This document shows, in pieces, positions 18,322 to 28,001 of a DNA stretch of 64,000 nucleotides. The stretch spans positions 1,248,001-1,312,000 of the forward strand of contig OZ244720.1 of assembly GCA_965219085.1 (NCBI GenBank). The letters are read 5' to 3'. Origin of the DNA: Dehalococcoidia bacterium. Lineage in GTDB: Bacteria; Chloroflexota; Dehalococcoidia; UBA2979. Position numbers and translations under genes: made by a program. The notes under the pieces are model-generated. The model saw only the letters and a program-made list of their open reading frames with translations. It was not told where the DNA came from and ran no database searches. The number at the start of each line of letters is the position of its first letter. The stretch's first letter is position 1.

Positions 18322-18927
18322 ATGACCGAAGCGACCGAGGTGCCCGCCACGCTCGAGTTCAAGGCCGTCACGCCCGAACGTCGGCCCGACCTCGCCGGGC
18401 TCTTCAAGACGGCGCGGGTCGGTCCCAACTACTGCTGGTGCATGGTCTGGCGCCCGATGCCGGCCGGCGTCAAACGCACTACGGCCAACAAGCGCGCCGA
18501 ATTCGAAGCCACTATCCGGCGCGGGACGCCGGTTGGCCTGCTCGCGTACGTCGAGGGCGAGCCGGTCGCATGGTGCTCGATCGCGCCGCGCGCCACCTGC
18601 GGCGGCACGATGCGCCTCGGCGGCGGCACGTACCCGCCCGGCACGGACGTGTGGCCCATCGTCTGCTTCTTCGCCCAGCCCGAGCAGCGAGGCCGCGGCA
18701 GCGCCGCCCGCCTGCTCGACGCCGCGTGTCGCGAGGCGGCCTCGGCCGGGGCGGACGTGGTCGAAGGCTATCCGGTCGACCCCGACTCGCCCAGCTTCCA
18801 GTACATGGGCCGGCGCAAGACGTTTCTCGCGGCGGGGTTCGAGGAGATCGGCCCCGTGGACACGCGGCGGCACGCGATGCGGCTCTGGCTCCGCCCGCTG
18901 CCGACCGGCGACACTCAGACCTCGTAG
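18322..18927 (+). CDS. GNAT acetyltransferase 2
   Basis: Paralog of 17015..17593; AGGAG RBS. Confidence 0.85.
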   Translation: MTEATEVPATLEFKAVTPERRPDLAGLFKTARVGPNYCWCMVWRPMPAGVKRTTANKRAEFEATIRRGTPVGLLAYVEGEPVAWCSIAPRATCGGTMRLGGGTYPPGTDVWPIVCFFAQPEQRGRGSAARLLDAACREAASAGADVVEGYPVDPDSPSFQYMGRRKTFLAAGFEEIGPVDTRRHAMRLWLRPLPTGDTQTS

Positions 18928-19673
18928 ACGCCGAAGTCCTCGGCCAACTCGACCCCGTCGAGCGACCGCGCCCACCCGGGCACGGCGAGCGGGTCGTAGT
19001 GCGTCACGAGGAGGCGCGTCGAGGCGTCGAGGGCGGCGCGCAGCGCGCGCACGTCGTCCCACTCCAGATGGCCCTGATCGCGGTCGCCGCCACATTCGGC
19101 GATGAGCAGATCGGCGCCCTCGGCCAGGCTCAGCAGTGCCTCGCCGTATGCGGTGTCGCCCGAGTAGGCGACGACGCCCGCCGGGTGCCGCACGCGGAAC
19201 CCGAGCGCGTCGATGCCCGGAGCGTGGTCCATCGCCACGCACTCCACCTGCACGCCCGCCCACTCGAACGCCGACCCGCCTGGCTGCTCGAACCACCGCA
19301 CGCGCGGATCGTCGCGCTCCGGCAGCCGCGAGGACGTGCCGATGACCTCGCGCAGCCGGTCGTAGATGCCGGGCGGACCGGCGATGGCGAGCGGGATGAC
19401 GCGCGGGACGCCCTCGCCCCGCGCGCCCCGCGCATCCCAGTCATGCTGCGCGCGACGCTCCTCGAGCAGGAACAGGTCGACGCCGCCGATGTGGTCGGAG
19501 TGCTCGTGCGACAGCAGCACGAGGTCGATCGCCGTCGTCGGCACGCCGAGGCGGAAGAGGTGGGGGAGCGTCTGCGGCGGGCAGTCGAGGAGCACGCGCC
19601 CGTCGAGCAGGAAGCCGCTCCAGTAGGCGCCATGGGAGAACGCGAAGCCGGAGCCGAGGCAGTCCAGACGCAG
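18915..19673 (-). CDS. MBL-fold metallo-hydrolase (RNase Z-like)
   Basis: LGSG, LLDC, SHEHSDH, YSGDT, LVTH; start uncertain (CTG 19673 assumed). Confidence 0.8.
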   Translation of the reverse strand: MRLDCLGSGFAFSHGAYWSGFLLDGRVLLDCPPQTLPHLFRLGVPTTAIDLVLLSHEHSDHIGGVDLFLLEERRAQHDWDARGARGEGVPRVIPLAIAGPPGIYDRLREVIGTSSRLPERDDPRVRWFEQPGGSAFEWAGVQVECVAMDHAPGIDALGFRVRHPAGVVAYSGDTAYGEALLSLAEGADLLIAECGGDRDQGHLEWDDVRALRAALDASTRLLVTHYDPLAVPGWARSLDGVELAEDFGVYEV

Positions 19674-19674
19674 T

Positions 19675-20223
19675 TCAAGCGTCCTCTCGCAGCTTGCCCG
19701 TGTCCGCGTCAACCAGCACCGCCGCAAACTCGCGCTCGAGTTCCGTTAGCGCCTCGTGGACGCCGTGCAACCGGTAGACCCTACCTAGGAGTCGGACGCT
19801 AAGGGGTGCTCCCGTATCCACTGGCGCGACGTACATCGGTTCCCAATCGGATACTTCGACGCCACGCACAATGATGTATTGGTTGGTCTCGCCGCGGAGA
19901 TCGTGGTTCGAGCGGATCAGGGCGTCCTCGTAATGAGCGTATGCATGCCCGAGGTCTCGTGCCTCGTTCCACCGCTCGACGAACGCGTTTGCTGAACGCC
20001 GAGCACCTCCATGCTCAACGAACGGCGAAGGCCAGTTGCTGTTGAGGATGCGACATGACTTGTACACATGATCGGCATGAAGCGTGTACCGCTCGACCGC
20101 GTCGAAGTCGGTCCACGCGTCACGCGTCTGAGCCCAGTCAATCGCCAGTGCTCCGCGTGTTTGTTCCAGACAGAACACGGCAACAGCCATCATGTCGCCC
20201 TCGGAGCCCTTGTCGCCTGCCAT
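19675..20223 (-). CDS. Hypothetical protein (lower-GC insert)
   Basis: Protein-like ORF filling the gap between co-directional genes; no motif recognised. Confidence 0.55.
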   Translation of the reverse strand: MAGDKGSEGDMMAVAVFCLEQTRGALAIDWAQTRDAWTDFDAVERYTLHADHVYKSCRILNSNWPSPFVEHGGARRSANAFVERWNEARDLGHAYAHYEDALIRSNHDLRGETNQYIIVRGVEVSDWEPMYVAPVDTGAPLSVRLLGRVYRLHGVHEALTELEREFAAVLVDADTGKLREDA

Positions 20224-20237
20224 CGCCCGCTCGGCGG

Positions 20238-20870
20238 CTACCCCGCCGGCGCCGGCGCCGGTGCCGGGACGCCGCAGAGCCGGCGCCCCTCGCCGAGCGT
20301 GTCGGGCGTGTCGAGGTCGATGCGCACGATTGGCTCGTCGTCCATCGCAATCTGCAGCGGCGGGTGTCGCTGCAGGATGGCGCGCAGGCCCAGTTCCGCC
20401 TCGTTCGCGCCCGCAAGCTCCTCGAGCAGCGACCCGTCGACGACCACCGGGTGGCCGCGCGCCGCGCCCAGCGACGGCTGCACCGCCTCAGCGCCCGTCG
20501 CGCGCAGCTCGTCGACGAGGCGGTCGATGATGTCGGCGCGCGTCGGCTGGTCGACATTCTGGATGACGATCGCAGACGGCCGAGCGCGCGACGGCGCCAG
20601 CAGCGCCCCGGCGCCCGTGGCAAGCGACGTCGAGCGGCCCTGCGCCCAGCGAGGGTTGAACACGCAGTGCCGGCGCGTACCCGGTGGCAGGGCGCGCCGC
20701 ACGTCGTCGGCGAACGCGCCGGTCACGACCACGATCTCGTCGACGGTCGAGCGGCGCAGCACGTCGATCTCCCACGCAAGCAGACAGCCGTCGCCCCACG
20801 GCAGCAGCGGTTTCGGCGAGCCCATGCGCGTCGACGCGCCCGCGGCGAGCACGAGCGCCGCGACGCTCAT
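20238..20870 (-). CDS. MocA/MobA-like nucleotidyltransferase
   Basis: LAAGASTRMGSPK, VDQP, GHPV, DLDTP. Confidence 0.85.
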   Translation of the reverse strand: MSVAALVLAAGASTRMGSPKPLLPWGDGCLLAWEIDVLRRSTVDEIVVVTGAFADDVRRALPPGTRRHCVFNPRWAQGRSTSLATGAGALLAPSRARPSAIVIQNVDQPTRADIIDRLVDELRATGAEAVQPSLGAARGHPVVVDGSLLEELAGANEAELGLRAILQRHPPLQIAMDDEPIVRIDLDTPDTLGEGRRLCGVPAPAPAPAG

Positions 20871-21265
20871 GGCGTCATCTCGGCACGCTCGCGCCGCCAG
20901 GTCCCGACGGCCTCTCGCACGGCGGCGGCGGCGAGGACGGAGCAGTGGACCTTCGACTTCGGCAGCCCCCCGACGGCGTCGGCGTAGTCGTCACGCGTCA
21001 GCGCCACGGCCTCGTCGAGCGTGCGCCCCGTGAGCAGCTCGGTCGCGGCCGACGAGGTGCCGATCGAGGCGGGGCACCCCGACGTCAGGAACGACGCAGC
21101 GGCCACGCGCTCATCCTCGATGCGCAGGAAGATGCGCATGGAGTCCCCGCACACGGGATTGGTCACGAACGCCTCGGCGTCGGCGTCATCCATGGCGCCG
21201 GCGTTGCGCGGGTGCTCGAAGTGGTCGATGAGGGCGTCGCTGTAACCCGTGGTGGTTCGTGGCAT
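20867..21265 (-). CDS. iscU: IscU/NifU Fe-S scaffold
   Basis: DHFEHPRN, NPVCGD, GC, KVHCSVLA. Confidence 0.88.
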   Translation of the reverse strand: MPRTTTGYSDALIDHFEHPRNAGAMDDADAEAFVTNPVCGDSMRIFLRIEDERVAAASFLTSGCPASIGTSSAATELLTGRTLDEAVALTRDDYADAVGGLPKSKVHCSVLAAAAVREAVGTWRRERAEMTP

Positions 21266-21299
21266 GGGGGTATTGTCGCACGGGTTGGGGTGGTGGAGG

Positions 21300-22262
21300 C
21301 TAGCTGGGATCAGACACGATCCTCAGCGAATGGTTGAATATCTCGTCAACGAAATCCAACCAGCTGCCCTCGTCATGGAGGAGCAGATCGATATCGAAGT
21401 CACGCTTCATGCGCATATCGTCAAGGCGCTCTCGCATCGTTTGAGTAACAACACCTACAACAAGGAAGTTGTCACAACGCGGAGGCGCTTCATCGAACGT
21501 CTTCTTGACAGCGCCAAGACGCTCCAGCGCGCCCGCAGGATCCTTTCCCGCCTTCACTTCGATGAGAGTGACGAGTGCACCGTCCTTCTCGAAGCTGATG
21601 TCCGGCTCAGCAGCGAACACCATCCGGACACCGCCCTCCAGAACCCAGGAGCCGCGCGGCTCTGACTCATCAGGTGGATCCTGATCGCCCGTTAGGAGCC
21701 CGTTCGCGCGCACCCACTCAAACATACTGTTCTTGACGGCACTCTCTCCGAGCTTGCCTATGAGATTCCGCATCGAGCCATCCGCACTGATGCCGATGGT
21801 TGCGAGCACGTTGCGGTACCCGTTCTCCATCGTCCAATCCGTCTTGTCGGTGATGAGCGAACTGATTACGGCGTTGTAGAGACGGCACACCCTCAAGACG
21901 TTCTCATCGGTGAGCCGCGGTTTGGCCGTGGAATCCTCCCAGCGGTCGACGCCGACCGCTATTTCGCTGACGCGCTTCAGCGGCAGCAGAGCCAGACCTC
22001 GGTAGTGGAGGGAGGCTTCTGGCACGACCTTGAGCACGGAGGGATGCGCGAAGACAAGGCTCGCCACGATCCCCGCTTCACGCACGTGCTCCCAAGCCGG
22101 TTCGTGAATGGCCAGCGATTCCCTGTCCGAGTAGTCGGCCGTCTCCCCGACCATCTTGATCACGCCCTTGAGCAAAGCGTCTGCTTCCGCTCCGGAGGCC
22201 ATCCGGCGTGCAATGAGCACGGAGCGCTCGATGGCATCGTCGGTCCGCCGCCCGCTAGTCAA
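21300..22262 (-). CDS. Type II restriction endonuclease, XcyI-like PD-(D/E)xK
   Basis: GSMRNLIG, EPDISF..IEVKAGKDPAGALERLG; TTG start overlaps the MTase stop. Confidence 0.7.
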   Translation of the reverse strand: MTSGRRTDDAIERSVLIARRMASGAEADALLKGVIKMVGETADYSDRESLAIHEPAWEHVREAGIVASLVFAHPSVLKVVPEASLHYRGLALLPLKRVSEIAVGVDRWEDSTAKPRLTDENVLRVCRLYNAVISSLITDKTDWTMENGYRNVLATIGISADGSMRNLIGKLGESAVKNSMFEWVRANGLLTGDQDPPDESEPRGSWVLEGGVRMVFAAEPDISFEKDGALVTLIEVKAGKDPAGALERLGAVKKTFDEAPPRCDNFLVVGVVTQTMRERLDDMRMKRDFDIDLLLHDEGSWLDFVDEIFNHSLRIVSDPS

Positions 22263-23715
22263 GGCGTCCGTGTTCCGGCATGCGCCAGTGATACACGCAT
22301 TTGCGCAACTCGCGGCGTCCGAACCGTCCCATCTGTTGGCTGGCGTTGCCCTTCCCTCGAGGGAGGACGCTGATCTCCTCGCACTCGAAGCCGCATGCCT
22401 CGGCGATGTCCGAGAGGATGAGATCCACGGGAACCTCCTCACCGTGGTACTGGACATTGTCGTTGACCATGACCACGCGGCCACCCGGTCTCGTGACTCG
22501 TGCTAACTCGGCGACGATTACTGCCATCTCCAAGAAGTAGTTCTCCACTAGTCGGATGACATGTGGATTGCCCAACTCGGCCCGTCGCTGCAGCAAGGCA
22601 TGGAGCGCCTCGTGGAGTGCCGCTTGCGACCGGAACGCCTCCTTAGCACGATGCAGAATATCACTACGCGGATATTCGCGATCAAGGAATGTCGCTTTCG
22701 ATCGGTTCTCTACGGTCGCGCTGAGCAACGCTTGGCGGAGCTGACCGAATCTTGCTTTGTCGTAACCCAGCCATGCCAGCTCTAGCGCGTAGGTCCGCGT
22801 GTAGTCGTATCGATTGGCGTACGGAGGCGAGGTGATCGTCAGTCCTACCGACTGATCCGGCAGAAGTGCGAGCTCATCGAGGGCCGAGCCCTGCAAGAGG
22901 CGGGGTCGTTCGCCGCCGTAGCGCGATGCGAGTTCCGGTGCATCCTCCGTAATCTCCGTGAGGCGTTGTTCGAGGGCTTCAGCGAAGCTCGGGATGGGCC
23001 CCTTGTACATACCCCCGCGAAGGTCGCGTCCCGACCGGTCGTCCCAGCGCAGGTACTGGCCGTCTTTCCGGGTGTAACTCACTTCCTCCAGTACGCTCAT
23101 GCAAGCCACGTCGAGGATCGTTCGAAGCGGCTCGTCGTCACAGGTCTGGAGAAAGGCTCGTGCCCTCGCGATCGCGCGCTCAGTTTCAGCTGAGAAGGCA
23201 TGTTCGGTGATCGCAACGTGGGGAAAGCGGAACGCCTTAGCAGTACTGCGGCCGCGCAGTGCGCTGAGTAGAGCGGCTCCGGCCGATTCGATTGCGGTCG
23301 ACGTGACTCCGTTGGCGACGAGCGATATCGCCCACGCGGCTCGGACGCCGACGGGCATGATTTCGATCCCCGTCGCTTCTCGCCCAGCGCCACCCGCGAC
23401 AAGTGCTGTCGTGCCGAGGCCGGCGAAGGGATCGAGTACAGGTCCGTCGGCCTTGAGGAGAGCACTCTGGACCAACTCCGCGGAGAAGCCTTCCTTGTAG
23501 CGCAACCAGCGCAGCCCAGGTTGCGTCTTATTTCCTTGGTACGACACGAGGCGGCGGGTGAGTTCGTCTCGGACTACTAGCCGGTCGATGAAACGCTGGT
23601 GCAGGGCGTCCCGCTCGCTCCGATCGGCTTCGCCAAGGACCTCTACCTCTCTGCCATTGACACGGTAGGTGCCTTGAATGTCCCTGACCGATCGAGTCGC
23701 TGTCTCGCCTACCAC
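22255..23715 (-). CDS. N4-cytosine-type DNA methyltransferase
   Basis: WLRYKEGFS, DPFAGLGTT (motif I), TSPPY (motif IV). Confidence 0.88.
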   Translation of the reverse strand: MVGETATRSVRDIQGTYRVNGREVEVLGEADRSERDALHQRFIDRLVVRDELTRRLVSYQGNKTQPGLRWLRYKEGFSAELVQSALLKADGPVLDPFAGLGTTALVAGGAGREATGIEIMPVGVRAAWAISLVANGVTSTAIESAGAALLSALRGRSTAKAFRFPHVAITEHAFSAETERAIARARAFLQTCDDEPLRTILDVACMSVLEEVSYTRKDGQYLRWDDRSGRDLRGGMYKGPIPSFAEALEQRLTEITEDAPELASRYGGERPRLLQGSALDELALLPDQSVGLTITSPPYANRYDYTRTYALELAWLGYDKARFGQLRQALLSATVENRSKATFLDREYPRSDILHRAKEAFRSQAALHEALHALLQRRAELGNPHVIRLVENYFLEMAVIVAELARVTRPGGRVVMVNDNVQYHGEEVPVDLILSDIAEACGFECEEISVLPRGKGNASQQMGRFGRRELRKCVYHWRMPEHGRLD

Positions 23716-23839
23716 GTGCAGCCCCCCCCAACTGGCGCGACTATACTGCTTAGTCGCTTGTACGGTCGAACCATTCCGCTCGGTGGGAACGAACGCGTGT
23801 TCTGCCGCCGATACTATCAGGCTGGCCCGCGCCGCACCA

Positions 23840-25015
23840 TCACTCCACCCCCCGCAAACACGTCAGCCCGTCCAACTCCACGCCCCTCCCCATCACCACC
23901 ACCCGCACCCGCCCCAACCCCGCCGGATCCAGCAGCGTCTCCGACGCCGCGCGGGCCGTGGCGTAGGCGGCGAGGTCCGAGGCGGCGCGGGTGCGGGCGG
24001 CGTCGAGTTGCTCGCCGATGCCGAGCGCGATCAGGGCCTCGGTCTGGGAGACGGGGGGCGCCGACTCGAAGCCGGACTCGGCGGCGGCAGCGGCCAGCGA
24101 GGTGAGGTCGACATGGGCGGTGAGGTCGGTCAGGCCGGGCTGGGCGAGCGGGTTGGGTTGCGGGCTGTGGTCGCGGAACGCCATCAGCGTGCCCATGCGC
24201 CGCCACGGCGCGTAGAGGCGCTCGGCCTCGTAGCCGTAGTCGATGGTGACGATGTAGCCGCGTCCGACGCGCGACGCCAGCGCCCGCATCGCGTCGACGG
24301 CGGCGAGCGAGACCTCGGCGCGACAGCCGTCGCCGGGCTCGATGCCGAGCCGCGCGAAGTAGGCGGCGAGGTCGGGCATGCTCGCCTCGCCGAGTTCCAG
24401 CTGTAGCCCGCCGTCGACGCGCGCGACGTACCACTCGCGCAATTCGTCGCCGCGACGCTCGACGAGGTGGACGGGGAAGGCGTCGAACAGCTCGTTGGAG
24501 ATGACGACGCCCTCGATGGGGTCGGGCTCGGCGAGCCACTCGCCGAACAGCGCGGCGCGCACGTCGTGGCCGCGGGCGGCGAGAGCGGCGCGCTGCTCCT
24601 CGACGCGCCGGGGGTGGCCGTCGAGGACGGTGACGCGCGCGGCGGCGTGGCACTCCGGCGCGCGGGCGCGCAGCCAGTCGAGCATCGACGCCATGAACGC
24701 GCCCGAGCCCGCGCCCGGCTCGATGAGGCCGAAGGCCGCGGGCGAGCCGAGCCGCTCCCAGCACTCTGCGATCTGGCGCGCCCAGAGGTAGCCGAAGATC
24801 GGGTGCACCTCGGGCGAGGTCTCGTAGTCACCGTCGCGGCCCCAGGCGAGGCCGGGGCGAGCGTAGTAGCCGTGCTCCGGGTGGCCGAGCGCGAGCTCCA
24901 TGAAGCGCGCGAAGGTGATACGTCCCGCCGCGGCGATCTCGCCCTCGATGACCGCCGCTAGGGGCGTCGAGCCCTGCGCGAGGGCGAAGTCGTCGGCCGC
25001 CGGCTGCGCGCTCAT
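23840..25015 (-). CDS. MidA/NDUFAF7-family SAM-dependent methyltransferase
   Basis: ITFARFMELAL..GYY, DYETSPE, EPGAGSG, SNELFDAFP, IDYG, DLTAHVD. Confidence 0.9.
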   Translation of the reverse strand: MSAQPAADDFALAQGSTPLAAVIEGEIAAAGRITFARFMELALGHPEHGYYARPGLAWGRDGDYETSPEVHPIFGYLWARQIAECWERLGSPAAFGLIEPGAGSGAFMASMLDWLRARAPECHAAARVTVLDGHPRRVEEQRAALAARGHDVRAALFGEWLAEPDPIEGVVISNELFDAFPVHLVERRGDELREWYVARVDGGLQLELGEASMPDLAAYFARLGIEPGDGCRAEVSLAAVDAMRALASRVGRGYIVTIDYGYEAERLYAPWRRMGTLMAFRDHSPQPNPLAQPGLTDLTAHVDLTSLAAAAAESGFESAPPVSQTEALIALGIGEQLDAARTRAASDLAAYATARAASETLLDPAGLGRVRVVVMGRGVELDGLTCLRGVE

Positions 25016-25058
25016 GGCGTCATCGTAGCCGCGGGCGGGGTCTGGGGCAGGGTGAGGG

Positions 25059-25466
25059 CTAGGCTGTACCGAGGAGGGCTGCGGGCCGGGCGGCGACGTC
25101 GGGTGCTCCGGCCAGTATCCCGCCATCGAGTGTGGCGAGGGGCACGCCGAGCGTGCGGGCGAGCGCGACGAACTCCGCGTCGTAGGCGGTCAGGCCGCAC
25201 TCTATCGCGACATCGAGGATGTGCCCGGAATCGACCGGCGTAATGCGGTCGCCAAGGACGGCAGCGGCGCGGTCGCTCATAACCTTCGCGCGGTCCGATG
25301 TGATGGCTCCACGACGCAGCATCCCGACCAGCACGTTTCGGAACTCGCTCATGAGGATGCGGGGCGAGGCCCACTCGCCATCCGCGTCGAAGAGCGCGGA
25401 TGCGTCCGCGGTTTCCGGGCCGTCGATGATGAGATGCACCACGACGTTCGTGTCAACGACGATCAC
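25059..25466 (-). CDS. vapC: PIN-domain toxin
   Basis: VVDTNV, SEFRNV, TAYDAEF, TLD. Confidence 0.88.
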   Translation of the reverse strand: MIVVDTNVVVHLIIDGPETADASALFDADGEWASPRILMSEFRNVLVGMLRRGAITSDRAKVMSDRAAAVLGDRITPVDSGHILDVAIECGLTAYDAEFVALARTLGVPLATLDGGILAGAPDVAARPAALLGTA

Positions 25467-25705
25467 GGCCGTCCGGCGTTCTTCAGCTCCTGGATCGTCT
25501 CGTTATCGAGGTCGATCGGCCCGGTGGCCTCGCGCTCCCGCCTGATGCGCTCGAGGAGTTCCGCACGGTCCGCGGACAAGGGTCGCACCGACGCGGTGAG
25601 CCGGGCCAGGATCTCGCCGTTGAGGCTGCGGTGATTGCGGCTCGCGGCGTCCTTCAATGCCGCGTGCACCTCTTCCGGGATCCCACGGAGCGTGACGTTG
25701 GGCAT
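25463..25705 (-). CDS. FitA/Arc-like RHH antitoxin
   Basis: NVTLRGIPEEVHAALK..NHRSLNGEI. Confidence 0.85.
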   Translation of the reverse strand: MPNVTLRGIPEEVHAALKDAASRNHRSLNGEILARLTASVRPLSADRAELLERIRREREATGPIDLDNETIQELKNAGRP

Positions 25706-25782
25706 GCTTGTATTCCTCGTATGTGATACCGAAGTGACACCAGATCAGTGTACAGCGAGCGGAGGAGCCCGGGCGAGTTTGC

Positions 25783-26331
25783 CTAGCCGGGCGCGCCGGC
25801 GAGGAGGCCCATCACCTGCACCGTGACGCGCCGCCGCTGCTGCCCCTCCGGCCGCAGCGGCGGGTTGTCGAGCTCCACGAGGAAGATGCTCTGCCACATC
25901 CCCATCTGGATCGCCCCGTCGACGATGGGCAGCGTCTCGCTCGCGCCGAGGAAGAGGTGCTGGAGGTGCGAGTGGCCGTTCTCGGGCTCGTTCTCGGTCA
26001 TGTTGACCGTGCGGATCGTGAAGTCGTTGTGCTCGTAGTAGTCGTCGGCCGGGGCGATGCGCTGCAGCAGGCGCGCCATGTCCTTCAGCAGCAGCGGCTC
26101 GTGCTCCTGCACGACCACGGCTGCCGTCGTGTGCGCCGAGGAGACCAGCACCTGCCCGATGGTCACGCCCGAGCGCTCGACGACGCCGCGTACGTCGTCG
26201 CTCACGTCGATGAACTCGCACGGGTGGGTGGTGGCGTACTCAAGGCGTTCCGAGAACACGGTGAACTGTGCGGCGGGCGCCGTGGCCGAATAGAGGGACT
26301 GGACGCTGCCTCGCTGTGGCTCCTGCGTCAT
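25783..26331 (-). CDS. yjbQ: YjbQ/UPF0047 family protein
   Basis: HTTAA, YEHND, NGHSH, GMWQSIFLVELD. Confidence 0.85.
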   Translation of the reverse strand: MTQEPQRGSVQSLYSATAPAAQFTVFSERLEYATTHPCEFIDVSDDVRGVVERSGVTIGQVLVSSAHTTAAVVVQEHEPLLLKDMARLLQRIAPADDYYEHNDFTIRTVNMTENEPENGHSHLQHLFLGASETLPIVDGAIQMGMWQSIFLVELDNPPLRPEGQQRRRVTVQVMGLLAGAPG

Positions 26332-26439
26332 CGGGACCCCTCGGTGAGACGGGCGCGACCTCGCGTGCAGCCCGTTATGACCGCCTCAGCGATAGTAGCA
26401 GCCGCACCCGCGGTCGGCCATTCGTACGGCGACGCAGTA

Positions 26440-27303
26440 TCAGGATGCCTCCGCGCCCGTGTGGCGCCGCAGCGACCGCACGGTGTCGGCGATCGTGGCG
26501 GCGTCGCGCGCGCCGGGCCGGTACTCGAGGTATGTCTCAAGGTCGGTGAGCGCCTCCGCGTAGCGCCCGAGGCGCTCGCGCAGCCGGCCGCGATCGCGCA
26601 TCTCGTCCAGGTCCCACGGCGCCAGCACGAGCAGCAACTCGATCGCGCGTTCGGCCTGTGCCTCGTCGCCGCGGCGCAGCGCGTTGGCCTTGAGGTTGTG
26701 GAGCAGGCGCTGCAGCAGCTGGCGCGGCGTGACCGGGTCCAGCAAGTGATCCCGGAATGGCGTCGCGCTGCCGTAGATCGACCGCACGATGCCCTCGCAG
26801 TCGGCGACGGTGAGGAGCGCGCCGCCGCGGAACACGTCGACGAACAGTGTCTCCTCGTCCGGCCGGGCAGCGTTCCGCACGATCACGTGGCCGGGCATCC
26901 CGACCCCGCGCATATCGAGGCCGGCCGTGCGGCAGACCTCGACGTAGACGACGGCGAGGGTGACCGGGATGCCGGTGCGGCGCTCCATCACCTCGTCGAG
27001 CAGCAGGTTGCGAGGGTCGGAGTAGTCCTCCTCGTTGCCGCGGAAGCCGAGCTCGCCGAACAGCAGCTCATTCGCGGTTTCGACGTGGGCGAGCGGCTCG
27101 GCGGCGGGGTGGACGCGCGCCTCGAGGCGTCGTCCCCACTCGCGCAGTTGCGCCTCGTAGGCGTCGATGTCGAGACCGGGCTGCTCGCCCTGCGCAACGA
27201 GCAGCGCGGCACGCGCGAGCGGCACGTCGTGCCCCGGCTCTCCGAGGGCAGCGCGGAACCGCTCGGCCAGGTGAGCAAGCGATGCGTGAGGGGGTTCGGT
27301 CAT
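26440..27303 (-). CDS. SirB1/transglutaminase-like protein with TPR
   Basis: GFRGNEEDYSDPRN, RTGIPVTL, GVGMPGH. Confidence 0.85.
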   Translation of the reverse strand: MTEPPHASLAHLAERFRAALGEPGHDVPLARAALLVAQGEQPGLDIDAYEAQLREWGRRLEARVHPAAEPLAHVETANELLFGELGFRGNEEDYSDPRNLLLDEVMERRTGIPVTLAVVYVEVCRTAGLDMRGVGMPGHVIVRNAARPDEETLFVDVFRGGALLTVADCEGIVRSIYGSATPFRDHLLDPVTPRQLLQRLLHNLKANALRRGDEAQAERAIELLLVLAPWDLDEMRDRGRLRERLGRYAEALTDLETYLEYRPGARDAATIADTVRSLRRHTGAEAS

Positions 27304-27872
27304 GCGACGGCGAATCCTTCGACCCGCCACAGTTTCACAAAGAGCAGCGACACGAGCACGGCGACCCCGAGCATGGGCGTCGGAGGCGCGTCCAGCACGT
27401 ACGCGATGGGGATGACCGAGAGCAGCGCGGTGAGACCGGCGAGCCGCCTGGACGCCCCGAGGCGCCAGAGCACGAAGGCGAGCACCGCCGCGATGAGGCC
27501 GGGCGCGGGCAGCAGCGCAATGAGCGCGCCGACGGTGGCTCCGGTGCCGTTGCCCCCGTGGAAGCGCAGGAAGATCGACCAATCGTGGCCGGCCACGGCC
27601 ATCATGCCGGCCAGCACAGCCTCGATGTCGCCGAGGCCGGCAGCGTAGGCGAGCCCGACGGCCGCTGCGCCCTTCCCGATGTCGGCGGCGCCGACCACGA
27701 TCGCGGGCTTCCACCCGACGTGGTCGCGGACGTTCATGGTGCCCGGGTTGCCGGAGCCGATGCTTCGGATGTCCTGCCCGCTGACCAGGCGCACGATCAC
27801 GTATGAACTGGGGATGGAGCCGAGGAGGTATGCGCCGAGGAGCACGAGAGCCAGCGTGCCGGAGGGTTCCAC
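27300..27872 (-). CDS. plsY: Glycerol-3-phosphate acyltransferase
   Basis: YLLGSIP, GSGNPG, DIGKG, GHDWS..GG. Confidence 0.85.
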   Translation of the reverse strand: MEPSGTLALVLLGAYLLGSIPSSYVIVRLVSGQDIRSIGSGNPGTMNVRDHVGWKPAIVVGAADIGKGAAAVGLAYAAGLGDIEAVLAGMMAVAGHDWSIFLRFHGGNGTGATVGALIALLPAPGLIAAVLAFVLWRLGASRRLAGLTALLSVIPIAYVLDAPPTPMLGVAVLVSLLFVKLWRVEGFAVA

Positions 27873-28001
27873 GTCGTCCTCCGTTCGGCGTTCGCCACCG
27901 CTGCGCGCCGCGCGTCACCGCGGCCGCCGCGTCGGTGGCCTTGAGGGTACCTTACGCGCGCGTTAACCGGACAGGCGCTCGCCGCGGGGTGACCAACCGT
28001 G

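Noticed and set aside
15191-19000. Integron cassette array
   Set aside because: No integrase and no recurring attC-like sites; the repeats are gene-end duplicates
21249-21665. 138-aa plus-strand ORF
   Set aside because: Lies antisense within the restriction endonuclease gene
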